The notes below the pieces were generated by a model. That model saw nothing but the letters and a program-made list of their open reading frames with translations. It made no database searches and was not told where the DNA came from. Below are positions 1-10,072 of a stretch of DNA of 64,000 nucleotides, in pieces. This DNA comes from Phycisphaerae bacterium (lineage in GTDB: Bacteria > Planctomycetota > Phycisphaerae > UBA1845). The DNA is taken from assembly GCA_030429365.1 (NCBI GenBank), contig JAUIEW010000001.1:1864-65863 (forward strand), in the 5' to 3' direction. Every line of letters begins with the position of its first letter. The first letter of the stretch is position 1. A program made the translations under genes and the position numbers.

Positions 1-22
1 CATTTTTTGGAGATGACAGGTA

Positions 23-3000
23 ATGAGGAAAACCGGATTAGGAAGATTCAATTGTGTGACAGGGATGGCCCTGGCAGTTGGATTGGCGATTGCCGCACCC
101 TCACGCGGGGCGTTGGTAATCAACGAATTCGATGCCAACCAAACGAGCATTGACACAACCGAATTCGTTGAACTGACCAATGACGGGGTCGCCACGATTG
201 ATTTCGCAGCGACCCCTCACTCTTTGGTGCTTTTCAACGGCAACGGTGATGTCTCTTACACCGTGGTTTCGATTAACTCGGGTACGCTCGCTCCGGGCGA
301 ATACCTGTTGATTGGAAACAATGATGTGGTTCCGGCACCGGATATTCTTCTCTGCGGAACCGCTGGCTGCAGCAATACACTGCAGAACGGTGAAGATGGA
401 ATTGCCGTATACACGGGCATCTTCCCTGGTGGAGCGGCGACGACGACTAATCTGGTTGACGCAGTCGTTTACACCGATGCGGGAAGCGGTGGCGGAGACG
501 GCGCATCGCTGGCGACCGCACTGGGTCTCGATCCCGGCGATCTGGTTGACGGCGGCGAGTTCGGAAATGCTCTGACCACCGGTGTTTCGCGACTCCCGGA
601 CGGAACAGGACCGTTCACCCCCGGTTCGGCTTTGACGCCAGGTGCCGCCAACGGCGCTGCACCACCGGCCGCGGTTGGCAAGCTGACGATTACGGAAACG
701 GCGACCCAGTCCGATCCGATCAATCTTTGCGGTCAGTTCGGTGATGGCAATTACGAGTTTACGGTCACCACCCTGCCCACCGACGGAACCCTGACCGATG
801 GCGGCGCTCCGTTTGGCGTGCCGCACGTTGTCACTGGCGTCCTCCGCTACAACCCGGACACCGGCCCCAACTTCAGCGGTGTCGATTCGTTTGAATTCAC
901 CGTGACTGACGAATTCGGTGCAGGACTCACCTCGGACCCGGCAACCCACGAAGTGGCCGTTCAGACTGTTGGCAGCGTCTTTATCTCTGAAGTCATGCAC
1001 TCGCCATCGGGCAACGACAACGCCTTCGAGTGGATTGAGATTTACAACGCTTCAGGCTCGCCTGTTTCGCTCGGAAGCATCGATGCGACGAACAACGATG
1101 GCTTCAACAAGCCGACCACCGACAACCTGCTCGGCATGTCGATTGCCGCGAATTCGGTGGCATTCATCGCACCAGATGCGACGACCATCGGCATCGATAA
1201 TGAAGAACTTCGATGCGACTGGAACTTCAATGACCTGGACGTGCTTCACGTTCCGCTTTCGCAGTTTGAACCAACGTTTGCAACCGCCGGTTCCACTTGT
1301 GATACCGCTGCCGGTTCGCGTATCTTCATCTTTGACGCATCCGGCGCACTTCTCGATGCGATCGATCTCGGTCGTGCGAACAGTGCAGCCCCGACTTGTC
1401 AGGGTCAAAGTTATGCTTTGAACCCGGCCGTCTTCCCGTTCTTCCCGATCGTTCCCGATTCAAGCTTGAATGACAGTGACGTGGCTTGGGGATGCGTCGG
1501 ACCGCTCGCCATCACCGGTGGTTTGCAGAACGGTGACTCTTCAGCTGATACGGCCAACCCCGGATACATCGTGGGGCACACCTATCCGCCATCACCCTAC
1601 GTGTTTGAGCCGGCATGCTTTGGTGCTTGCTGCCTCTCAGACGGAAGTTGCATGGACGGTTTGACCGAATCGGAATGTCTTGTTGACAATTGCGGCATCA
1701 GCTTCAGCCAGGGCGACCTCTGTGGTGCGGTTTCCTGTAGCCCAGTTGCAACCAACAAGTGCTGTCTGCCGATCGGAACCTGTGCAGACTTGACCGAGTG
1801 CGAATGTCTCCAGGCCAACGGCGATTTCGATGGCGGCGACACCTGCTCCGGTACGCCGGGTGAATGTCCGGTCGAAGTTTCACTGGTCATCAACGAACTC
1901 GAATACAACACGCCCGGTAGCGATACCGAGGATGCCCTCGAGTTCATCGAGTTGTATTCACCAGTCGGTGGCGGCCAGTCGACTGCCGGTTGGAAGCTTG
2001 AGTTCTACAACGGTAACGACACCACCGGAACGAACCTCTACAACACGATCGATCTTTCGACGATCGCCAGTGGTGTGATTCCGGCTGACGGCTACCTCGT
2101 CGCAGGTGACGCCAATGTGGCCAACGTCGACATCATCAAGGACGGCGCCTTCCAGAATGGCGGCGGACGCGGTGATGGTGTTGTGTTGTCGTTCAACGGA
2201 TTCGTCGTCGAAGCCATGTCGTATGGCCAGGACACCGGTACAACCGGCTTCGTGGCTGTTGGTGGTGATGCTGATGGCACTTTCATGGCGGACATCGGTG
2301 TTGCGGATACTTCAGGCACAAGCCTCCAGAAGATTCCGGACGCAGGCGCTTGGACGGAAACCCTCAACAACACACCCGGCGAAACGAACTTCGACGCCGG
2401 CGACTTCGGTGCTTGTTGCGACGGTGAATCCTGTGCGCTGGCCACCGAAGATGACTGCCTGCTGGCCGGCTTCGTTTACGAAGGTGACGGCACCAACTGT
2501 GACTTCAACCCATGCGTCCCGCGTGGTGCTTGCTGCAATCCAGATGGAACCTGCACCGACAATGTCGAGCAGGGCATTTGTGAAGTGAATCTTGGTGGTG
2601 TCTGGAATGGTGATGACACCGTCTGCAACGACTATGACGCATTTGCCGCATGCCACGACGGTCCGGGTGCTGCACTCGGATTTGGTTGTGAAGCATACGA
2701 TCTCGATGGTGCGTCGCCTGCCGACGTTGACATGGCTGACTTTGCATTGTTCCAGCTCAACAGCTGCTCACCGGCTCCGACCGGGGCTTGCTGTCCGCCG
2801 AATGGCGTTTGCGTTGAGATCAATCAGTTCGACTGTGAAGCCGATGGCGGTATCTACCGCGGTGATGGCGTCTTGTGTGCTGGTTTGACCCCGGCATGCG
2901 ACGTACCGACCCCGGGCGATGTCCTCATCAACGAGATTTGGGCCGACGATCCCGGTCAGGACGATGTTGAATTCATCGAACTGTTCGGTTCACCGGGTAC

Positions 3001-4363
3001 CAACCTCAACGGTCGCAGCTTGATCGTGATCGATGGTGATACGGCTGGCGATACGACTGCCTTCCAGTATCGTCGCGTGACCATGCGTATCGACTTCACC
3101 GCATCCGACGCCCTCAACGGCAACGGGTTCTTCCTGATCGGAACCGGTGCTGGCATTGGTGTGGTTGACGTGAACCTCGACGCAGTCGGTGGTGACAATG
3201 ATACGTTCGCTGATGAACTGCAGAATGGTTCACAGACCTACGCTCTCGTTCCGACGGCAGACATCGCGTACTGCACGACGAACGGTGCACCCGACGCCAG
3301 TTGCAACGGCGATGGCCCGCAGTTGACCGCAGCATCAGAAGCCGCGTTGACAGCCAACGCTTATGACGCCGTCGCGACGCTCGATGCAACCGTCGGCGAT
3401 CATCGCTATCTCGTCGGTGCGGCGCCGCTGGTTCAGGATGGTGGATTCGCGATCGATCACGCCCACCGTATCCCGAACGGCGTCGATACCAATGACGCAA
3501 GTGACTGGGAAGCCCAGTTCGGTTTCGAACTGAATGCTCCGGAAGACCCGTCCACGCCGAACACGGCGAACTCGTCGCAGAGCTTGATCCCAGGATCATG
3601 CTGCCAGGGTGCGGGCGATGCGGAGTGCATCGTGGTGACTGAAGCCGAGTGCATCAACACCAACGGTACCTTCAATGGTCCGGGCACCGATTGCGGATTG
3701 TTGCCTGAAGACAATCCTTGCAACTGCGGTAACATCGGATCCAAGCCGGAAGTTGAGTTCCCCGAGCAGTTGCCGGTGTGTGTGGTTGATGTCGTCCTTG
3801 CCAGCGATGTGGATGCGGCATCCGACTCATCGAACCGCGAAATCTTCATTCAGGACATCGTCGGTACGAACGGTCTGACGGTTTACGGATCGAACGAGGA
3901 CATCGATGCGATTCTCGCGGTGGCTGCTGTTGGTGACCAACTCGAGATCCGCGCGACCCTGCAGGATTACTTCGATTCGCAGGAACTCGTTGCTCCGTTC
4001 CAGGTGACGGTCATCGACAACGTCGGCGCCCCGACGCCGTTCCCGAAACAGATCACCGATCTGAACCAGGGAATCATCATTGGAGAGAACGACGACATCA
4101 TCAACACGCTCGTCGTCCTCAAGAATGTGACCATCACTGGTGGCGGAACCGCCAACTGGTTCTCCGGAAACACGACCGTCAACGGTGTTGGCCCGCTTGC
4201 GGGTGAGACCTTCGGCGCGGTCCGGTTGTCAGGCGAGAACACGCTGGTCGGTACGCCGATCCCAGCCGGTCCGGTTGACATCGTCGGTGTGATCACCACG
4301 TTCTCGGGTACGTTCAACCTCAAACCGAGGACGCCTGCGGACATCACGCCGCACGTGCCGTAA
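23..4363 (+). CDS. Giant secreted adhesin-like protein: 4 lamin-tail-domain (LTD) modules, 6 six-Cys GxCC modules, a cadherin/Ig-like segment and a dockerin-like DLDG..DxxDF motif
   Basis: 1446-aa ORF with GGAG upstream of ATG 23. Signal-like N-terminus MRKTGLGRFNCVTGMALAVGLAIAAPSRG. Four LTD signatures: LVINEFDAN..EFVELTN, VFISEVMH..FEWIEIYN, LVINELEYN..LEFIELYS, VLINEIWAD..VEFIELFG. A DSFEFTVTD Ig/cadherin-like motif. Strong terminator follows. Confidence 0.85.
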   Translation: MRKTGLGRFNCVTGMALAVGLAIAAPSRGALVINEFDANQTSIDTTEFVELTNDGVATIDFAATPHSLVLFNGNGDVSYTVVSINSGTLAPGEYLLIGNNDVVPAPDILLCGTAGCSNTLQNGEDGIAVYTGIFPGGAATTTNLVDAVVYTDAGSGGGDGASLATALGLDPGDLVDGGEFGNALTTGVSRLPDGTGPFTPGSALTPGAANGAAPPAAVGKLTITETATQSDPINLCGQFGDGNYEFTVTTLPTDGTLTDGGAPFGVPHVVTGVLRYNPDTGPNFSGVDSFEFTVTDEFGAGLTSDPATHEVAVQTVGSVFISEVMHSPSGNDNAFEWIEIYNASGSPVSLGSIDATNNDGFNKPTTDNLLGMSIAANSVAFIAPDATTIGIDNEELRCDWNFNDLDVLHVPLSQFEPTFATAGSTCDTAAGSRIFIFDASGALLDAIDLGRANSAAPTCQGQSYALNPAVFPFFPIVPDSSLNDSDVAWGCVGPLAITGGLQNGDSSADTANPGYIVGHTYPPSPYVFEPACFGACCLSDGSCMDGLTESECLVDNCGISFSQGDLCGAVSCSPVATNKCCLPIGTCADLTECECLQANGDFDGGDTCSGTPGECPVEVSLVINELEYNTPGSDTEDALEFIELYSPVGGGQSTAGWKLEFYNGNDTTGTNLYNTIDLSTIASGVIPADGYLVAGDANVANVDIIKDGAFQNGGGRGDGVVLSFNGFVVEAMSYGQDTGTTGFVAVGGDADGTFMADIGVADTSGTSLQKIPDAGAWTETLNNTPGETNFDAGDFGACCDGESCALATEDDCLLAGFVYEGDGTNCDFNPCVPRGACCNPDGTCTDNVEQGICEVNLGGVWNGDDTVCNDYDAFAACHDGPGAALGFGCEAYDLDGASPADVDMADFALFQLNSCSPAPTGACCPPNGVCVEINQFDCEADGGIYRGDGVLCAGLTPACDVPTPGDVLINEIWADDPGQDDVEFIELFGSPGTNLNGRSLIVIDGDTAGDTTAFQYRRVTMRIDFTASDALNGNGFFLIGTGAGIGVVDVNLDAVGGDNDTFADELQNGSQTYALVPTADIAYCTTNGAPDASCNGDGPQLTAASEAALTANAYDAVATLDATVGDHRYLVGAAPLVQDGGFAIDHAHRIPNGVDTNDASDWEAQFGFELNAPEDPSTPNTANSSQSLIPGSCCQGAGDAECIVVTEAECINTNGTFNGPGTDCGLLPEDNPCNCGNIGSKPEVEFPEQLPVCVVDVVLASDVDAASDSSNREIFIQDIVGTNGLTVYGSNEDIDAILAVAAVGDQLEIRATLQDYFDSQELVAPFQVTVIDNVGAPTPFPKQITDLNQGIIIGENDDIINTLVVLKNVTITGGGTANWFSGNTTVNGVGPLAGETFGAVRLSGENTLVGTPIPAGPVDIVGVITTFSGTFNLKPRTPADITPHVP

Positions 4364-4390
4364 ACCGACGTAACGTTTGGTAGCAATTCG

Positions 4391-4428
4391 GCCCGCCTCG
4401 AAGTTCAACTTCGGGGCGGGCTTTTTTT
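4391..4428 (+). terminator. Rho-independent terminator after the LTD gene
   Basis: 13-bp GC-rich stem gcccgcctcgaag / cttcggggcgggc (one G-U), 5-nt loop, followed by ttttttt. Confidence 0.8.
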
Positions 4429-4476
4429 GTGTTGGGGGGCAACGGGGTTCGGCAAGGTCCAGTTGCTTTCCCCTGG

Positions 4477-4545
4477 ATTCCCGCTTTCGCGGGAATGACG
4501 ACTGGGCGTGGGAATGTCGATTGGGCTCGGAAATGACGGCGCTGT
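4477..4545. repeat. REP-like hairpin plus half-sites of the GGGAATGACGGCGC family
   Basis: attcccgc-tttc-gcgggaat hairpin, then gggaatgtcga and ggaaatgacggcgct. The same core occurs in the perfect inverted repeat at 51461-51510. Confidence 0.6.
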
Positions 4546-4574
4546 TGCGTTGCGACGTCTAAACTTAAGTCGTC

Positions 4575-5234
4575 TTAGGAGTTGTTGTCTTGGGGCATTG
4601 CCTTGGCGTAAGGCGTTTCGGCGAAGGGACGGGCGAATCGCTCTTCGCCCAGCACGATCACCAAAACCGTTTTGAGCAGGATCTTTGCATCCAGCCAGAA
4701 GTTGACGTGTTGGACGTAGTAGACGTCGTACTTGATGCGTTCTTCCCAGCTTCGAGAGGCTGGGCTGTTGACCTGCGCGAGACCCGTCGCGCCGGGACGG
4801 ACAAGCAGACGGCGACGTTCGAAATCGTTGTATTTGTCGGTTTGTTCGGGGATGGTCGGGCGCGGTCCGATCAATGACATCTCACCCGAAAGGACGCAGA
4901 AGAGTTGCGGCAGTTCGTCGATTTTGAATCGGCGGATGAAGCGGCCTACGGGCGTGATACCGGGATGCGACAGCAGCACAACTTCTTTGGTATCGTGTTT
5001 GTGTTCGGTGCGCATGCTGCGAAACTTTGCGGGGTAGAATCGTCTTCCGCGCAGTCCGGTGCGTTCCTGGCGAAAAAGCAAAGGGCCGCGGCTTGTGAGC
5101 TTGACGGCGCAAACGGTCAGCAGCATGACCGGCGACAGAAGCAAAATGAGAATCGCGCTGACGATCACATCGAAAAGGCGTTTGCCGAATCGAAGCCAGA
5201 GCGATTTTGAGATGTGCGGGTTTGCCTCGTGCAT
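4575..5234 (-). CDS. Polyprenyl-phosphate sugar phosphotransferase (bacterial sugar transferase, WbaP/EpsB C-terminal type)
   Basis: 219 aa. N-terminal TM segment, then LLFRQERTGLRGRRFYPAKFRSM ... DELPQLFCVLSGEMSLIGPRP, typical of the initiating sugar transferase family. Confidence 0.85.
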   Translation of the reverse strand: MHEANPHISKSLWLRFGKRLFDVIVSAILILLLSPVMLLTVCAVKLTSRGPLLFRQERTGLRGRRFYPAKFRSMRTEHKHDTKEVVLLSHPGITPVGRFIRRFKIDELPQLFCVLSGEMSLIGPRPTIPEQTDKYNDFERRRLLVRPGATGLAQVNSPASRSWEERIKYDVYYVQHVNFWLDAKILLKTVLVIVLGEERFARPFAETPYAKAMPQDNNS

Positions 5235-5418
5235 GAATCGATTGCTGCCTCAACCTGTGGACGCGGGTTGCCGGCCTTTTGCATCGCCAGCCCACGACCG
5301 AATCCGTCCGCGTCACGGGCGTATATCAACTGACTTGGCCCGGTGTTGCAACTCCATATACGATGTTGGGCAACTTCGGATACGATGACATCGCGCCGCT
5401 GTGCGCGGGAGACGCAGC

Positions 5419-6516
5419 ATGACCTCACCACATTTTACGACCCAAATGCAGGACAACATGCGGACTTTGCTGGCCGAAATGGTCAAGCTTGAAGCATCCG
5501 ACCTGCATCTGGTCCCCGGATATCGGCCGATATTTCGACTTCATGGCCGGCTGATCCCCACGACGTGGGACATCGTCACGCCCGAAGACTCGATCCAAAT
5601 GATCGCCTCCGTCGTCCCGGAAGCCAAGGTCAAGCGATTCGACGAAGCCGCCAATCTGGATTTTTCGGTCAGCATTCCGTCCGATGAGCCTGACGAGCAG
5701 TATCGCTTCCGCGCGAATGCCTTTCGCGCCGACGGAAACGTTTGCGGCTGCTTTCGATTCATTCCCAAACGCGTGCCCACGTTTGAGTGGATGGGTTTCC
5801 CGCAACACATCGCGCGAAGCATCGTCGAACTCACCAACGGACTCGTGATCGTCACGGGCGTGACCGGTTCGGGAAAGTCGACGACGCTGGCCGCGATGGT
5901 CAACATGTTCAACGAATGCGGCGGATACCGAATCATCACGGCTGAAGACCCGATTGAATATCGCTACGAGCGAACCGATCACACGATCATCACGCAGCGC
6001 GAAGTCGGCGTCGATTGCAGTTCGTTTTACGACGGACTCAAGTATGGTTTGCGCCAGGACCCCGATGTGATTCTCGTCGGCGAAATTCGCGATCGCGACA
6101 CAGCCCGCATGGCTCTGTCGGCGGCAGAGACCGGGCATTTGATTTTGACGACGATGCACACGAAAGACGCCAAGGGGGCGGTCAGTCGATTCGTCGATCT
6201 GTTTCCGCATTCCGCGCAGGACGACATTCGCGTGCAGCTTTCGTACAACCTGCGCTTCGTCATCGCCCAGCATCTGCTGCCCGATGTCGACCCCACGCGT
6301 CGTCGCGCCCTCGCCCTCGAAACCATGATCGTCAACAACCCGGTCCGCGCCGGCATTCGCCTCGGCAAACTCGAGGCGATCGAATCGGCGATTCAAACCG
6401 GACGTGCCGACGGCATGATCCGACTCGACGACAGCCTACACGGACTCGTATCGACAGGCCGCATCTCAGCAGAAACCGCCCGCCGCTTCGCGAAACATCC
6501 GGAAGCGTTTGTGTGA
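5419..6516 (+). CDS. pilT: Type IV pilus retraction ATPase, PilT family
   Basis: ASDLHL motif, Walker A GVTGSGKSTT, ILVGEIRD (Walker B region), His box GHLILTTMHT. The ORF opens at GTG 5401; ATG 5419 is preferred. Confidence 0.85.
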   Translation: MTSPHFTTQMQDNMRTLLAEMVKLEASDLHLVPGYRPIFRLHGRLIPTTWDIVTPEDSIQMIASVVPEAKVKRFDEAANLDFSVSIPSDEPDEQYRFRANAFRADGNVCGCFRFIPKRVPTFEWMGFPQHIARSIVELTNGLVIVTGVTGSGKSTTLAAMVNMFNECGGYRIITAEDPIEYRYERTDHTIITQREVGVDCSSFYDGLKYGLRQDPDVILVGEIRDRDTARMALSAAETGHLILTTMHTKDAKGAVSRFVDLFPHSAQDDIRVQLSYNLRFVIAQHLLPDVDPTRRRALALETMIVNNPVRAGIRLGKLEAIESAIQTGRADGMIRLDDSLHGLVSTGRISAETARRFAKHPEAFV

Positions 6517-6607
6517 TGAGCCGACCAGTTGATTGTCGGTGCAAGTGTGCCACTGGCAGCTAGCCTGCCAGTGTTTGATGGATGCATGACTGTCGAATTC
6601 AAATCGC

Positions 6608-7399
6608 CTAAAACGGAAACGCGTCGTCGATTTCGCTGCCGGAAAGCTCCGCGAGGAACTGCCCGATGCGGTTGGCGAGCAGGTCGATGGCTTTTCGACC
6701 TTTCTCTGCCGACGCGGCATGGGGGTTGCCCGCACCGGTGTTGGTGGTGAGCCCTTGCCATGGTCGGGTGATCGATACCCAGCCGCTGTTGACAGCATCG
6801 AAGCGCGTGGGGCGGGTTGCGCCATCGTCGGCTGTCAATGATCCATCCGGATTCTTGGCGACCAATTCGGGATAGCACGCCAGCATGATCGACGTTTCCA
6901 TTTCGCCGGCATGGTCATCCTTCGCGTCGAAAACCTCCGAGTAAACATGACCCAGCGCCCGAAACCAATCGCATAGAAAAATACGGACGCCCGTCTGCCC
7001 AAAGAGTTCGCGCATCAAGGGTTTCAATTCATTCCCGCCGTGACTGTTGAGCAGTAGGAGTTTGCGGACTCCGCACGCCTCGAGCGCGTTGACCAAGGCG
7101 GTGATGACGGCATGCAACGTCGATGGGTTGATGTTCATCGACAGCGGCAGACCGCGCTGATTGCTCGTCGTTCCGTAGGGAATCGTCGGAAGCAAAACGA
7201 CCCGCGCGCCTTTGTCATGGGCTGCGCGGCAGATGGCGTCACCGATCGCGTCGCCTTCGAGCGTGTCGGTGCCAAAGGGCAGATGAAGGTTGTGCGGTTC
7301 AGTGCAGCCGAGCGGCAGGACTGCCACTTCGAACCGTTGGTCTTTGACGTATGCGTAGTTAAGGTGGGCGAGTTTCCATGGATGTTGGGGACTTGGCAT
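6608..7399 (-). CDS. Creatininase-family amidohydrolase
   Basis: 263 aa. LPLGCTEPHNLHLPFGTD ... LLLNSHGGN ... HAGEMETS matches the creatininase family metal-binding pattern. Confidence 0.75.
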   Translation of the reverse strand: MPSPQHPWKLAHLNYAYVKDQRFEVAVLPLGCTEPHNLHLPFGTDTLEGDAIGDAICRAAHDKGARVVLLPTIPYGTTSNQRGLPLSMNINPSTLHAVITALVNALEACGVRKLLLLNSHGGNELKPLMRELFGQTGVRIFLCDWFRALGHVYSEVFDAKDDHAGEMETSIMLACYPELVAKNPDGSLTADDGATRPTRFDAVNSGWVSITRPWQGLTTNTGAGNPHAASAEKGRKAIDLLANRIGQFLAELSGSEIDDAFPF

Positions 7400-7488
7400 G
7401 CGAAGTTCACTTGAAGAGGCTCAGTCAAAATGTGTTTCGATGTTTTGAAGACTCCTTTGTCAGGAGAGCGATACGAGTTGGCCTGGAA

Positions 7489-7713
7489 TCAGAAGCTGAT
7501 TATCGCTGACTCAATCAATCCCCATATGACACCCAGATTCTTCTTCGTGAAATTCCAAAACTCTGTGGAGAATGAGCGCTCCGGGTTCCCCCACGTTTTG
7601 TACAAAATAACCGGCGCCGCGCACAAATTGACGATAACGCAAATTGCGATCACCGGTACCAGAACCATAAGGACGATAAAGGCGATGAACAATGTGCCCA
7701 GCATCTCAGCCAT
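7489..7713 (-). CDS. Small membrane protein (hypothetical)
   Basis: ATG 7713 preceded by GAGG. Hydrophobic segment LGTLFIAFIVLMVLVPVIAICVIVNL. Lies in an AT-richer stretch. The plus-strand ORF 7430-7846 overlaps it and looks non-coding. Confidence 0.4.
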   Translation of the reverse strand: MAEMLGTLFIAFIVLMVLVPVIAICVIVNLCAAPVILYKTWGNPERSFSTEFWNFTKKNLGVIWGLIESAIISF

Positions 7714-7899
7714 GTCGCGTCCTCGCCTCGGCAGTCCGATCTTCCAGTTAAGCGCCCCAATGAGTCTGACTTGGAAGGCTTTGTTCAGCCTTGAATTCAG
7801 GGCCCAAGTGAATTCTAACACAATGCCCCGTCATAAGCCGATATAAAATGAGTTGTTTCATATGCTTGTCGGTCAACCGTTTGCGTTCGGGGTTCATAA

Positions 7900-8838
7900 A
7901 TGCCTAGCCGATTAGTTGAGCCTGTCATCACTGTCGTCTTCCGCGACGGGTTGGGCGAGGTCCACGATTTGGTGGCTGGTCATCGCGATGAGCTTAAGCC
8001 CGGCTGGTCGAAGATGCTTGACGATCGCCCATCATCACCGAGCGACGCAGAGGTCGCCAGCGAAATGGCGGGCGTATCGAGTCGTCTGAAGTTGGCAACG
8101 CGGATGTTGGCTGCGTTTGGCGGTCGAATCGATGTCGATGATGCGCTCGTTGTCGGTTGCGGGGATGCTGTCGAGCCGATGTTCGTCGCGTCAGCCGGTG
8201 CGCGGTCGGTTGTTGGAACGGATCTGGCGCTTACAGGTGACAGCGAACGACTGTGCAGAATTGGTGAACGCTTCCTTGCACAAAACGGTCAGAGTATTCC
8301 GAAGCCCCGCGTTGTCGAGATGCGCGCAGACAACATCGCCTGCTCAAACTTGCCCGATCAATCGTTCGACCTCGTGTGCAGTTGGCGTACGCTCGAACAC
8401 ATTGGCGATCCAAGGGCGGCATTTGCAGAAATGTTTCGCGTGCTGCGGCCCGGTGGATACGCGTATCACGAATACAATCCATTCTTCGCGATCGATGGCG
8501 GCCACTCGCTGGTGACGCTCGATATTCCGTGGGGGCACGTGCGATTCGACCGAAGCGACATTGGGCGGTATTTGCAGCAGTTTCGTCCGAACGAAACCGA
8601 ACGGGCGCTTCGCTATTACGACAACTGCCTGAATCGGATGACGATCGCCGATCTCGACGGGTTCGCCACGTCAGCCGGTTTCGAAGTTCTCGCCGTTATT
8701 CCCCGCACCCGCACAGAAGACTTGATAAGAGTCGACGCCAAACTGCTAAACACCGCCCAGCAGAATTATCCAGGCACCACGCTCAACGATCTCATCAGCC
8801 GGATCGTACGCGTTGTCATGCGCCGACCGAACGAATAG
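7900..8838 (+). CDS. Class I SAM-dependent methyltransferase
   Basis: 312 aa. VVGCGDAVEP (motif I-like) and LRPGGYAYHEYNPFF (post-motif II/III region). Confidence 0.6.
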   Translation: MPSRLVEPVITVVFRDGLGEVHDLVAGHRDELKPGWSKMLDDRPSSPSDAEVASEMAGVSSRLKLATRMLAAFGGRIDVDDALVVGCGDAVEPMFVASAGARSVVGTDLALTGDSERLCRIGERFLAQNGQSIPKPRVVEMRADNIACSNLPDQSFDLVCSWRTLEHIGDPRAAFAEMFRVLRPGGYAYHEYNPFFAIDGGHSLVTLDIPWGHVRFDRSDIGRYLQQFRPNETERALRYYDNCLNRMTIADLDGFATSAGFEVLAVIPRTRTEDLIRVDAKLLNTAQQNYPGTTLNDLISRIVRVVMRRPNE

Positions 8839-8861
8839 TCGTCGAACATCGGGAAACGCGT

Positions 8862-9524
8862 TCACCGGTTCCATTGCAGCACTTCGTTGATTGGCTTCTT
8901 TTCGATCTTTGGGACTTGGCAGTTGGCGGCAGGGTAGCCCACGGGGATCAGCAGGAACGGTTTTTCGCTTTCCGGGCGGTGAAGAATGTCGCGCAGGAAT
9001 TTCATGGGACTTGGCGTGTGGGTGAGCGTGGCCAATCCGGCTAAGTGACACGCGGTCAGGAACATACCGGCGGCGAGTCCGACGGATTCAACCGGGTAGT
9101 AGTTGGGTTGCTTCTGCCCATCGACCATGATCCAGTTTTCCTGGAAGATCACGACGAGCCACGGCGCGATTTCGAGAAACGGTTTGTTTTCGTCGGTTCC
9201 CAACGGTTCCAATGCGGAGAGCCATGCGGGCGGCATTCGGTTGGTGTAGCTTTCGCGTTCTTCTTTTTCTGCCGCGATGCGAATTTCTTTCTTGATTGCA
9301 GGATCATCGACCGCGACGAAGTGCCACGGCTGACGGTTCGCGCCGCTGGGTGCAGAGTGGGCGACGGCAATCAGTGATTCGATCAATTCCCTCGACACCG
9401 GTTTGTCGGAGAATTCGCGACAGCTTCGCCGCGTTTGCATTTTCGCGAGCAGCGCCTGGGTGTCCTGAAGCATGTCGGCGGGCTCGCGCGGTTCGATCGA
9501 ATAGGGAATCGGCACATAGGTCAT
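8862..9524 (-). CDS. Nitroreductase-superfamily flavoprotein, iodotyrosine-deiodinase-like subgroup
   Basis: RRSCREFSDKPVSRELIESLIAVAHSAPSGANRQPWHFVAV ... EKEERESYTNRMPPAWLSALEPLGTDENKPFLEIAPWLVVIF parallels IYD-type dehalogenases. Confidence 0.7.
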   Translation of the reverse strand: MTYVPIPYSIEPREPADMLQDTQALLAKMQTRRSCREFSDKPVSRELIESLIAVAHSAPSGANRQPWHFVAVDDPAIKKEIRIAAEKEERESYTNRMPPAWLSALEPLGTDENKPFLEIAPWLVVIFQENWIMVDGQKQPNYYPVESVGLAAGMFLTACHLAGLATLTHTPSPMKFLRDILHRPESEKPFLLIPVGYPAANCQVPKIEKKPINEVLQWNR

Positions 9525-9536
9525 GGGATTTCTCGG

Positions 9537-10070
9537 TTAATCGACGACGACCCAAGCGCCGGCTGGCGTTCGTTCGAGGATCATGCTGGGCCAACGTTTC
9601 TTGGTCAGTTCGCTGGTCGAACCGTCGATCTTAAGGACGATGCGTTCGCTCCAATCGACGCCCAGGTGCGGCAGGTTCAGCTCGAAGCGGCGGACGTTTT
9701 CCGTTTCGATCACGACTTTTTCGGCATCGAGCGTGCTGCCCTCGACCCACGCGCGCTGGGCGGGGTCGGCCCGCTCTTCGATCGACGCCCAACCATTTTG
9801 CAAGCCCGGTTGACTTGGCGGCTGAAAATCCAGCGGCGGCGGGGGAGGCAACTCCTCATTCTTTGCTGCTGCATCCTCAACCAGTCCCGATGACGTCACC
9901 GAGTCTGCAGGCCCGTTGGTCGATACGTCAGCCACTTCTGGCGATCCGTTGGAAGTGACAGATGGTGACACTTCAGGCGTCGGACTCGCGACGACGGCAG
10001 ACCCAGCTTCTCGACATGACATCATCGAAGCAACGAGGACGACCAACAGGATGACGTGTTGCTTGGTCAT
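9537..10070 (-). CDS. Secreted or lipoprotein-like hypothetical protein
   Basis: Start reassigned to ATG 10070 (MTKQHVILLVVLVASMMSC...). It has a Pro/Ser-rich linker and then a globular C-terminus. The 171-codon upstream extension of ORF 9537-10583 is Arg/Gly-rich junk overlapping the next gene. Confidence 0.6.
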   Translation of the reverse strand: MTKQHVILLVVLVASMMSCREAGSAVVASPTPEVSPSVTSNGSPEVADVSTNGPADSVTSSGLVEDAAAKNEELPPPPPLDFQPPSQPGLQNGWASIEERADPAQRAWVEGSTLDAEKVVIETENVRRFELNLPHLGVDWSERIVLKIDGSTSELTKKRWPSMILERTPAGAWVVVD

Positions 10071-10072
10071 GC

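Noticed and set aside
101-1000. 299-aa minus-strand ORF, and other short ORFs inside 23-4363
   Set aside because: They are antisense or off-frame to the LTD protein gene, whose domain signatures are unambiguous.
5425-6396. 323-aa minus-strand ORF
   Set aside because: It is antisense to pilT, which has complete ATPase motifs.
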